Shown piece after piece: positions 36,948 through 48,508 of a stretch of 64,000 bases of DNA. The first letter of the stretch is position 1, and every line of letters starts with the position of its first letter. The stretch is taken from positions 1-64,000 of the forward strand of contig CAJFCJ010000045.1 in the NCBI GenBank assembly GCA_904063045.1. Reading direction: 5' to 3'. The DNA comes from Dimorphilus gyrociliatus. Its lineage: Eukaryota; Animalia; Annelida. The position numbers and the translations under genes are program-made. The notes beneath the pieces were generated by a model. That model made no database searches. It was not told where the DNA came from and was given only the letters and a program-made list of their open reading frames with translations.

Positions 36948-39570
36948 ATGTCTGTTAAAACTTTACAGGAGAGTTCAATGGACGTTTTAAGTGAAATTTC
37001 AAAGAAATATTCAATGTCTATACCTTTTTCAATTGGACAAGATGTTTTCAATCTGCTCAGCGAAAACAATCATCTATTCTCAACTAACGAATTGGAATTT
37101 TTCAACACATACTATCATCGAAATAAATAACATTTCATTCAAAGAGGTCAACTTCAAAAATATAGACAATTTCAACTTTTTAAACAATCATCCAATAAAA
37201 CAATTGACTTTACATAATTTCTATTCAATTTATAATTTACCTTTATTCAATTCTATTGAAAAATTGGAATTCTACAACTGCAATGTTAATTATAAAGAAT
37301 TAAATTATTTAGGTCATTTATTAACAAATTGCCATTGTTTAACTACAATAATTATTACGAAAATGAAAAGTATGGCTAATGGATTAAGAAAATCTTGTTT
37401 AAATCTTTTAAAGATTAAGATTTCCGATTGTGAATTGGCTGGCTAATCTATTTGAACAGTGCAATTCGTTACAAGACATTGAATTGTCTTATGATAAATC
37501 AATTGGTAATAGATTTTCATTAATCTGCAATGGATTAAGTTCTAGCAGCGAAACTCTTCGAAGAATTGATTTTTCCCATTGTTCCCTAACTCGAGATTCG
37601 GGTAAATTTACAAGAAATCAACATCCAATCGAACGCAGCATTTCGTAGTGAATTTCAAAATATTTGCATTGGACTGAATTCATCGTCTAATTCTCTTTCG
37701 AAAGTTGACTCTTCATTTTGTTATCTACTAGAAGATCAAGCCTATTGGTTAGGTTCACCATTCAAAAGTTGTAAATTCTTACAAGAAGTTGATTTGCAGT
37801 CGAATAAATACTGCAACGACAGTTTTCAAACTATAACAAACGGTTTGAAATCTTCGTCTGCTAATCTTGTAAAACTCAATTTGGCTGATTGCAATCTAAC
37901 CGAAAAACAAAGCTATTGGTTAGGTTCGCTTTTAGAGTATTGTCGATTCCTGGAGGAGATCGATCTTCGAATGAACAAGCAATGGTCTAATGGATTTGAA
38001 ATGATATGCAATGGCTTAAAATCTTCAGCTCATCGTCTTCTGAAAATCCAACTCGATCATTGCGATATTAGGGAAAAGAAAACTTATTGGTTAGGCTTGC
38101 TTTTAAGCGAATGTAGAATATTGCAAGAAATCTCTCTTCAACTCAATCATTCATAAGGTATTGACTTTGAAAAGGTCTGTATTGGTTTAAAATCTGCATC
38201 GGAAACACTTTTAAAAATAGACCTGTCATACTGCAATTTGACACAACAGCAAATTTATTGGTTGAGTTTACTTTTCAAAGAGTGTACTTCGTTAAAAGAA
38301 ATCCTTTATATATGCAAAGAGACTAGCGCCAACACGTTAGATTCTATGATTAACGGATTAAAATCATCGTCAAATACACTGTCAGTATTAGACTTTTCGT
38401 TTTGTTCGCTGATTGAAGATGACTATTTACGCTTCGCTTCTTTGCTTGAAGAGTGCAGCCGCTTACAAGTGGTCAATTTAAATAATAATAGCCTTCGTTA
38501 TAATAGAAGCATTAACGCAGTCTTTTTAGCATTGAAATCCTCCTCTAAATCTCTTCTAAGAATAGACATTTCTTTCAATACGCTAACAAAACAAGAAAGC
38601 TATTCCCTAGGTAATCATTTGAAAGAATGCCACTCATTGAAGAGTTTCAACATTAAGGGTAATACTGCAATCGATGAAGGATGGGAGGCAATCTGCGACG
38701 GATTAAAATCTACGGCCAACACACTAATGGAAAGATAAAATTCTTTTAAAAATTTTTTTTACTTTCTAGTAATTAGGTTAGGGTTAGGTTAGTAATAGAC
38801 TTATCATTCAAATTGATATCTAGCACTTGATTTGGAGAGAGAGTGTTACTATTCATAGCTCCTCCAGATTTCAAGCTTACCGTTCCACGTTGATTGTGTA
38901 ATTTGTACATGGCGAAATTCGAAATTCGCAATGTTTTTGATCTCAAATTTGTTGATCCTAGGTCCATTTCATTTATTGATATCGGAGTTTGGGTTGCTAC
39001 CAAATTAATAAATATTTGTAAGAAGAGTAAACTTAGCAGCTTCTTCATTGTCTTGTGTTTATAATTTTACGAAAGAGACTCTTCGACTTGACTGGTAATA
39101 TCGCTTTCGACGATGGATTTGAAAGTATATGTAATGGATTAAAGTCTTCATCCGATAATCTTTCAAAAGTAGACCTTAACATGCGTCATCTCTACAAAGA
39201 GCAAAGCCGTTGGTTAGCTTCACTCTTTCAACAGTGTAAATCGTTAAAAGAGATTCATTTTGAAGGGAATGATCATTGCGGAATTGAATTTGAGAAGATC
39301 TGCACTAGTTTAAAATCATCTGCAAATACACGGTTCATAATAAATGTAATTTCTTGCAATCTAACTAAAAAGCAATGCCGTTATTTAGGTTCCTTTTTAA
39401 AAGAATGTAAATCTATACAACTGATATATTGGAACAAATTACTGATAGACGAATACACAAAGGATTAGGCCAATCGTCAAATACTGTACAAAATATTAGA
39501 GTTGCAAATTATCGTTCATGCGGGAAGCAGACTTTCTTAATCAATTCGTTTAAGATGAAGCCAAATTGAT
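36948..39570 (+). pseudogene. Fragmented BC-box-like LRR pseudogene
   Basis: Starts MSVKTLQESSMDVL...IPFSIGQDVFNLL. The 57-aa LRR units (ICNGLKSS...) are spread over at least six ORF pieces separated by frameshifts and stops, and interrupted by an antisense insert at ~38739-39085. Confidence 0.8.
38739..39085 (-). pseudogene. Inserted 5' fragment of a paralog of the secreted gene at 46231-47573, ending in a telomere-like run
   Basis: MKKLLSLLFLQIF is identical to the start at 47573, and similarity extends ~37 nt upstream of the ATG. Truncated at TTAGGTTAGGGTTAGGTTAG (38773-38792). Confidence 0.8.
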
Positions 39571-40095
39571 TTTCTCGTCAGTAATTCAAGATTAAATTCT
39601 ATTATTCAAATACTTAAAACAGGGTTTAGATTAGCTAAATTAACGGTAATTCTTTCGTATTTCTCTAGCGTTTTTGCAACACAAAGACCATTTCGCTCGA
39701 CTAGAGATATTTCTTTTCTCAATTCAAACACAACACTTCTCTCATCCCTGACTTAACACCACTCTTCCAACAGTTAAAATTACTTTATTATCGTCGTTAT
39801 CTATAAAAATGATTAGTATTATAGATACCAATAGAATTTCTTTTTTATTGTTTTCAATCAACTCTTTATGAACTATAACAACAAGTTGGTGAATTATCCT
39901 ATCGGATTATAGGCTAAAGAAATCAAGTCTACTGACGCTTACGTTGTGCTTTATAACTCTTTGGTAAAGTTATCTCCAAGGCCGCGTATAAAAAGCATAC
40001 AAGTACATGGACTTGGTATCGTTACATAAGAGTTTAATGACTAAAAAAATAGCTTTTAGCCTATTCAACTGTTGATAATTAACGTAGAAAATTAG

Positions 40096-40126
40096 TATAA
40101 AAGGAGGTTGGTTGCTTCAAATCAGT
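40096..40126 (+). promoter_or_regulatory. Core promoter of the vitellogenin-like gene: TATA box plus initiator
   Basis: TATAAAA at 40096-40102 and TCAGT at 40122-40126 (canonical spacing); ATG at 40152; a TGATAA GATA motif lies just upstream. Confidence 0.7.
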
Positions 40127-40151
40127 ACGAAGCAGTGTTTGAGGCACAATC

Positions 40152-43100
40152 ATGAAGCAGTCGGCACTTTGGCTTTTAGTTTCTTTGGCATTTACTGGTA
40201 AGTAACATACAACTCTTGTATATTCCATATTCAATCAAACTCTTGAATTTTGCAGCTGCAATCGACTTTTCAACCCTTCCCGAAATTTCTTATAGAGGAA
40301 AAACTTTAACATCCAACGATAGACTTGTCTACAAGTATGAAAATGATATTTTGAACGGAATTAATGGCGTATCTAAACACTATGCTGGATTAAAGATCAG
40401 AGCTAACTTGGTTATTGAAATGGAATCTGATTTGGGAGTCAGATGCCAATTGCAAAATGTTCAACTTTTGGGTGTTAAACGTATGGAATTACCCACTCCA
40501 TTCGATCAACCAATCAGAGGTGAAATGACTCCTTTGACCAACGTTGACGAATTGATTGAACAACTTGAATTGGCTTTTGGAGCTAAATTCACTGAAGAGA
40601 GAATCGTCTCTGGCCAAATCTATTGTCACAAACAAGATACCGAATGGTCCAGAAATGTAAAGAGATCCATCATCTCTACCCTCCAAATCAACGTTCCACA
40701 ATACAAACTCAAGGAAAATCAACTAGTCAACTTTGAAGAACGCGATGTCATCGGAACTTGTGAAAGTACCGTTGTTGTCTCCAGAGTCAACCCTGAAGAT
40801 GAAACCGAACTCGCTTTGACCAAGATCCGCAATTTCAACAACTGCCGCAACGCCGAAGTCGCTCCAATCTACCAATACTCTTTGTCTGGTGTTTCCATGT
40901 GCAATGATCTCCCAGAAAAAAGCTTGGAATGCAAATACCAAGTCGTTCCATCCAACAGAGTTGAATACAGACTCCGCAAAGTTGGCGGAAACTCCAAATG
41001 GGAACACATGTTCACAGCCGTTCAACAAAAGACCGTCTACTTCTTACCATTGACCCAACAAACTACCACCACAATGGCCATCTACGGTCTTCAAAGATTC
41101 ACATTGGCAACTATCCAATCCGAATTGAACAGAGAAACCGCAGTTCCAGAATTGGACGGAAGTACTTACAAACGTTACAATATCGAATTTGAAGTAAACG
41201 AAAAACAATTGCTCCCAGAGCAAATTGTTAAGGAAGTTGAACTTTCCGAAAGAGAACAAGAACAATTAGTTAGAAGAATCGTTTCCGAAATTAACAGCCT
41301 CCACCAACACATTAAAGTCGGATCTGAAGATGTTAAACAACAATTGGAAAAGACTGTTGGATTAATCAGAAAATGCACTCCACAAATCTTAACCAAAATC
41401 TACAAACAACTTTCTGAACAAGAAAAACAAGTTATTTTCACCGATTTGCTTCCAACTTGCGCAACTCCAGAATGCGTTCAAGTTGTTCTTGATGCCATCA
41501 AAAACGAAAGAGTACCACTCATTAAGGCAATCAGCTACGTCAAGATGATCGCTTTGAACGCTCAACCAAACAAGAGAATCATCAAATACATCATGGTAAG
41601 TAGATTTAAACAACTCGTGTTCATTTTCGTTTCAATACTAATTTTCTCTCTCTCTCTCTCTCTCTCTCTTTATTCATCTATTAGACTCTTGGACAAAATG
41701 TTGAAAAGAAGAGCCTTAAGAGACCATTGATCCTTGCTGTCGGTACATTGACCAACAGACTTCTCCAAGTTTACCAAGTTGCTGGAAAGGAAGATAAGAT
41801 CGTCGGATTTGTTGAAGAAATTCAAGAATCTTTGATCAGAATTGTCAAGAACCAAATGAGAGATGTTGAACTTTGCAAATGTGCTTTGAAGGCTCTTGGA
41901 AACATGAAATGTCAAGAAAACAAATACTACGAAATCCTTAAACTTATACAGAACACTGACGTCCCAAGAGAATTGAGAGTCGAAGCCGTCGAAGCTTTAA
42001 GAAAGACTGTTTCAGTAAAGCGAGTTGAAAAAGTTCTCCTCCAAATCTTCCTTAACACCAACGAACATGTTGAATTGAGAATGTACGCCGTACAAAGATT
42101 GATCGATCAACAATGTAGACTTGAAACTCTCCAAGTTATCGTTCAACACCTCCAGAACGAAGCAAACTTGAACTTGCAATCTTTTACTTATTCTCTCTTA
42201 AAGGCTATCTCCGAAATCGAAACTCCATCTCCAGTCTACTACAAATTCGTCGAAAAGCTAAGACTCTTGATGATCACCAACAGACTCCCAACTTTCTCTC
42301 CAAAATACTCTCATACATTGAAGGCCTGGAATCTCGATCTAGAATCCAAGACTGGAGTATACGCCTACTTGCAATATACCTACAGTAGAGTTTCCCAAGT
42401 TGTCCCAACATGGCTTAGACTTAAAACTTTCACTTCAACCATGGGCCACTACACCAGACTTTTGGAAGTCACCATGAAAATTCAAGGAATGAACCAATAT
42501 ACTGAAAAATTCCTCGGCAGAAATATCAACATGATCCCAAAACTATTTAGCGAAGATATCTCTCTTGAAAAGATTACTCAACTCTTTACCGATGAAGAAA
42601 TGAGAATGCCCAAACAATTCTTCAACTTTTTCACCCAAAACAAACATACTTACAACTCCATGGATGTTGAAGAAGAAACCGGATTAGAACTAAATGTTCG
42701 TCTTTTTGACTACGATCTCATGTTCGCCGATTTCGAATGTCTTAAGGAAGTTGTTATGGATACCGTTGAAAAAATCATGTCTACCACCGTCAGAGGATCT
42801 CCTTTGGAACAAGTTAAGCAATTGGCTGAAAAACTCCACCGAGGAATTCAAATTCAAACCACCAACATCTATGCTTCTGTAAACGCAATGACTTTGGTCC
42901 CAACTCCCACTGGATTCGGTGCTGCATGGAACAAAACTGTCGCCTGGATCAACCACCTCAACGGAAAGATCCAAGTTCAAGCTAGACCATCCCTCAAGGA
43001 ATGCATCGAAGAAATGAGACTACCCCAAAAGATCGTCATCAAGACTGGCGAAAAAACTTTCCAACAAAGAACCATCACCTTTTTCAGAAGCAAATTGGTT

Positions 43101-45248
43101 AGCATGATCCCACAATTGTCCCAAGGAGTCATGTACGAAGGATTCGTCAGTACTTCTCTCCCCGTCAAAGGTGAATTACAACTTGTCAATGGAAACAACA
43201 AGGATGTCTGGATGATCCAAGGACTATACAAACCATCCACCGAATATAGACCAACCGTTGTTTCATACATCAGACCAGTCGCTTTTGTCGAATACCCAGA
43301 ACACGAGCACCTAACTCCTCTCCTATCTAAGATGACCACTGAACCATACACCATTGAAAAGTTTATCGAATTACCATACGTTGCCAAGAACTTGAAGGTT
43401 CAAATCCAATCTTGCATTAGAAAGACCCCAGTTTCCTCCCTCGTACCTTTCGCTTGCCCAAATAAGGTTGAACTCGTTTTGGAACCAGTTGTACCAACAC
43501 CAGTTCGATTCAGTTTGGAATTTAGACCACTCCAAGCTATCCAAAGACCAGAATCTGAAGTTTACGAAACCTTGAGAAAGGCTTTGTTCGGTGAAGAAGA
43601 AGTCAAATACGCTTTGGAAGATAATGAATCCCGTATCTCTTACATTTTCGGAAAAGGCAGCGAAGGAAGAGTCGTCTACAAGAACTCTCTTAGATTGAGA
43701 ATCATCCATGACACCACCACCGATCTCTCTATGGCTGAACCAAAGACTGATTGCACTTTCCATTGGGTCTTTACTCCCGAATTTACTCAACACCAATTTG
43801 CTTTGTTGATGAAACAATCTGTCCTTCCTGAATTGTATGTCAAGGGACATTTGATCGTTCCATCTCTCTGCTTGAACAGAGTATGCGAAGGACAAGAATT
43901 TGCTGGACTCACCACCTTCTTGAACAGACGACGTGTATCCATGATTAAATTGTTTGTTGATGATAATGAAAAGATCAATGAACAACTCGGAATCCGAAAC
44001 GAAAGATGTTTCAACAAGCAAACTCAATCCTTGAAGAAAATTCTTCCCCAAACCATCCGTATGCAAATCAAGACCAGCCCAGTTGTATTGCAATTCGTAC
44101 CCGAAGGTCTCATTAACACTTTGGTTGTTGCTCAACAAACCCTCCTCCAAGGTCTCAGAAAAGTTTCTGATGTATCTTTAAGATATCTTCCATCTCTTCC
44201 AATTACCGAAACTGAAATGTACATGAAGATATGCCCCGCTTTGGGCAAAGTTGACGTTGTTGCCAACTTAATGAAACACTCCATCAGAATCGTTAACATC
44301 CCAGTTTTCCGATTCTTGGCTCCTCAAGCTCTTCCCGTTCCAGTTAACGCACAACAACAACTCATTCATCAAACCTTCCCCGCTGGTCTTTCTAGATCCG
44401 TCTGTGTTAAGACAAGCAAATTTGTTCAGACTTTTGAAAATGTTGAATACCATACCAACGAAGAAACCGAATGCGAATCCGTCTTGGCCAAGGATTGCCG
44501 TCGCGCACCGAAATGGATGATCACCTCTAAGGTACTTTCTAATGCTCACCAACAAATCAATGCTTACTTTGGCAACCAACAAACACTTGAACTTATTCCA
44601 AGCACCTGGGGAGAACTTCCAGAGGTTAGAATCAACGGTGAAGTTAAGGAAATTGAAGAATTCTCTACTCTTCGAATCCCAGCCAAATATAATCCAACTT
44701 TTATCACCTGCACCAGAGACGGAAGACAAATTGTCTGCGAATGCGAAACTCTTGGATGGAAGATTGTTAGCGACAGTTACAAAGTCAAGGTAACTGTTGC
44801 CCCAGAAATCAGAAACTACGTTTGCGGTCAATGCGGTAACGATGATGGAGTTGTCGATACTAAAACACTCATCTCTCACACCATCGCCTCCAGTTCAAGA
44901 TGCAGAATCGAACGCAAACCACTCAGAGAGTGTCAACCAATCTACAAACACAAAGTTAAAGAACAATCTTACCCAAGAGGACCAAGCAAGGTCTGTATCT
45001 CCGTCCTCGCCTTCCCAGAATGCTCCGCCAACTGTCAAGTATTGAAGAAATTCTCCAAAGGCAAATTACAACCAGTTAAATACTACTGTATGGATAAAGA
45101 ATACGCCGTCAAGAAGGGATACTTACCAGAATATTTCGAAGGTGAAAGCATTGAATCTGTAGGAGATTTGGAAATGGACAACAGCTTTGAAGTTATGACT
45201 GAAAAGCTCTTGGACGTTGTCGATACCTGCAAGGTTAGAGAATGGTAA
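40152..45248 (+). CDS. Vg: Vitellogenin-like large lipid transfer protein, join(40152..40197,40256..41595,41685..45248), 1649 aa
   Basis: Signal peptide MKQSALWLLVSLAFT. Vitellogenin_N motifs WSRNVKRSIISTLQ, EERDVIGTC, RNFNNC. Alpha-helical domain (ALKALGN, ELRMYA) and C-terminal VWD (QTFENVEY...CESVLAKDC, VCGQCGNDDG). Both introns are GTAAGT...AG and phase-consistent. Confidence 0.9.
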
Positions 45249-45629
45249 ATGATGATAAATCATTTAATCGGAAATGTATAATGAACACTAAATCACTTTT
45301 ATTAAATTTCAATTGTATTCCTAATCCAAAAAGATTTTGAATGCTGTTCAAGTTTAATGGGAATATAAAACATAAATTTGGCATTAAAAAAACACACCAA
45401 AAAAATTAATTTTTTTTTTTGCTTAAATGTACTTAGATTATTAATTTTAATTTATTCAAAAATAAAACATTCAATTTAATTGAAATCAAAAGGCTTGTAT
45501 CTTTTGTTCTACTTTTAATAAATACAATCATTAACCAATTAAAATGATTCAATTAGGTCAAACCACTTTAACACATTGTAAACGCTAGCCGGAACTTTTC
45601 AAAGTTAATGTTGTCTCAAAAGAAGTGAT

Positions 45630-45933
45630 CAACGAAAAATCATTGCATTTTTAGTGCATGACAACGCAAGACCACCTACAAGTCTCTATACAGCAGACTT
45701 TATAAGAGATGAAGGTGGTCACTACTCACCCATCATACAGCCCTCATTTGACTATTATCTCTTTGGGAGATTGAAGGACCATATCAGAGGGGTCCACTTT
45801 GAAAATTTGGAAGAAATTGAGTAAAGATATCAAAGATTTTCTATGGATAAAAACAATCCTCCCTCATGAGAACAGTATCGATCTACTTCCAAGCAAATGG
45901 CTGCCGTGCATAGAGAAAGGAGGGGACCATTAA
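45630..45933 (+). mobile_element. Degenerate mariner (DD34D-type) transposase 3' fragment
   Basis: HDNARP, HPSYSP, DYYLFGRLKDHIRG and LPSKWLPCIEKGGDH motifs, with frameshifts and stops. Confidence 0.85.
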
Positions 45934-46230
45934 AAAATAGAATTGTTAACATTTTTAAAGTAGGACTATAGGTCATAACATAAACAAAAAATAAATAAAA
46001 TTGCTTAAAGATTTCTCACAAAAAATACAGAGTTTGAAATATTTCGATCCTGGCTAATATATTAGATTCTTATTCAATCATCTACAATAGAAATCAGTTA
46101 ACTTTTCATTTGTTTCTTTACTGAATTGTATTACTAGTACAAAATCAGCATAAATGTAAAGTATGTTCATATTAAACTGATCTACTTTGAGACTAACTAT
46201 AATGTGCTATAATAGGAACATATTCTGCCA

Positions 46231-47573
46231 TCAGTAGACATAGTTAACACTGGTTTTAGGGTAAATAATATCTTCAAAAGCCACAAACCAACATTTAATA
46301 TCAGATCTAACTTTTAAGCTGGCTTGTATTATATGATTATCATCTTTTAACATAGCGCCTCTATTATTTTGAATTGATTCTCTAAATTCAAAACTTTTCT
46401 TTCCAATATCTCCCATCATCCCACCAAATCTTGATTCAGTAGCATTTAAACTCTGAAATCCAATATTCAAGTGCCATCCTGTTAGATAGTTATATTCCTT
46501 TGTAATGGCAAATGAAAGTTGTTTTGATCTTCTCTTAACCAAAAGAGAGATTGCTCTGTCAGTAATTTTAATTGTTAATGATCCATACTGTAGTGGAGAG
46601 TCAGTGTTTTTCCATATCATCACTTTGTCATTGGGAAATTGAATGTAATCGGTGAAAAATTGAAATATTTCATCAGATATAGAAATTCTCATGATATGCA
46701 TGTAGAAATCATCTTTCAAAATTCCGTCAATCTTTGTTTTTGTTTGAAAATCTTGTAGAATTCTAATTTGATTAGTTGACTTTCCAACAACATCGTAGCA
46801 AATAGTTTGTGGAGTTTTGCTATTCTTATCAAGTATTTGTTGAATAAAATGAGGATCTCCTGAACCACCTAAGCAAATATTTCGAATAGATTTATACTCT
46901 CTATTTGTGTATTGTTCAAACATTTGTTGGTTAAAAAATATTATTAATACCTGCACAAGGATTTGGGTTTCCCAAAGAGGAGCTTTGTAGTGAAAATGCA
47001 CCAGCTTCAAACATATTGTCATTTCATCTAGATACTGTAGCACCATCAGCTACAAAAACATTTCCCGTCCATGCAGGGACTCTAGTATTGAATGGATTGA
47101 CTGTAGCAGCCCCTGTTGTGTAAATATAGGCGTCTATAACTAAATTTGGGTCCAATTCGTTCAGACCAGTAGCCTCAGTCATACCATCACCTAAAAAGAT
47201 GAAAGATAAGTAAAGTGTAAATCTGTAAGCTACATAGCTTTTAAACTATCATACCTCGATAAAGTAGTAGTGCTACAACAAAATCATTGGCTAAACCCAA
47301 GCTAAAAGACAGTTGACTCAAGCTAATTGTTACAACTTCATTATTTTGAAGAGAAGTAGAAGGTAAATTTTCCCCACCTATAAATGATCTCATTCCATTC
47401 TTATGTTCTAGTTTGTACAAAGCATAATCACCCAAGCTAACTGTACCGGAAGAAAGACTTCTGAGCTCCACATTTCCAGATCCAGTGTCCACTTCATTTA
47501 TTACCAGCTTAACTTGGGTTACAGCTAAGTTGACAAATATTTGTAAGAAGAGTAAACTTAGCAGCTTCTTCAT
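46231..47573 (-). CDS. Secreted protein: signal peptide, lamin-tail-like domain, GDPH / ITIH-C-terminal-like domain; join(47573..47255,47190..46951,46868..46231), with one in-frame TGA at 47026-47024
   Basis: Three phase-1-compatible exons total 1197 nt. LVINEV...VELRS...VSLGDYAL is LTD-like. GSGDPHFIQ...ICYDVVG...IRILQD resembles the ITIH C-terminal domain. The single internal TGA lies in VSR*NDNMF. Confidence 0.7.
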
Positions 47574-48508
47574 TGTCTTGGGTTGATAATTGTGAGGAAA
47601 AGGTTCTTCGCATAAATTTCAAATTTAGCACTGAACTGCGGCGTTGAGAGAAGTCCTATTTATAATAAATTGAAAGAAAGCAATTGTTCTATAAATAGAT
47701 TCTGAATGGGTTTATAATACGCATATTCAAGATATTGTCTGCTGAGGAAATAGTTGGCGCTGGTTCGCCATTATTTGGTATAGGCTTTTTCTGAAAATAT
47801 AATAGTTTGATACAATAACCAATTCAGAACTGCTGTCGAGTTTGAATAATGGAATACGAAAACAACATGTTCTTGATACATTGTTATACTGATTGATTGT
47901 CAATGATACATTCACAAATATTTGGTTTTTTCAACTCGATTTGAGAAGAGAAAGTATGAATATTGTGAAAATGAGAAAATTTTTTATACTTTTGGAGGTA
48001 TAGCCTATACTTGCTCGACAATAACAACTATTATCCCTTCCTAATATCAATAGATGTGTGTGTGTGTGTGACTTATCTTTAGGATACCTCTTATAAAGAA
48101 TGAGTACGAAAACGAGTCCAGTTGAACCAACAATAATACACAATCATAAAAGCATAGTTAAAAGATTTATTTTAGGCCTATAATAAACTAATTCTACAGT
48201 TATTCTTTTCTTTTTGCAATGTCCACGTCGCCATTTTATTGTATAAAACTCTTATCGATACTCGCGTAAATTTGATTAAAAGACGTATAAAACTGACTTT
48301 TGAGTGATATTATATTATATATGAAAAGAAAAGAATGGACAATCAATAGTTACAAGCGTTTATTGAATGTAATAATGAATTTTGGGTTTGTCACTTTTTA
48401 AGAAATTGCGTGGATAATTTTCAAACTATTATCGAAAATGTTTCCAATTTCTGCTTTTCGATATCCATCGCCATTCATATAAGTTTTGTTGATATCTATG
48501 GTTAAAAA

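Noticed and set aside
40489-45045. Numerous antisense and alternate-frame ORFs over the vitellogenin gene
   Set aside because: These are expected shadows of a long, codon-biased CDS and carry no recognisable motifs. The same applies to 5184..5618, 7470..7751, 9673..9954 and the short ORFs inside the NLR, LRR and TRPM genes.
46030-46230. SECIS element for the in-frame TGA gene
   Set aside because: Two ATGA candidates were seen on the minus strand, but neither has AA at the expected 11-12 nt spacing with a long helix; not supported by eye.
47024-47026. Genome-wide TGA reassignment
   Set aside because: TGA serves as the normal stop of other intact genes here (e.g. 17405, 36691), and no other intact gene shows an in-frame TGA.
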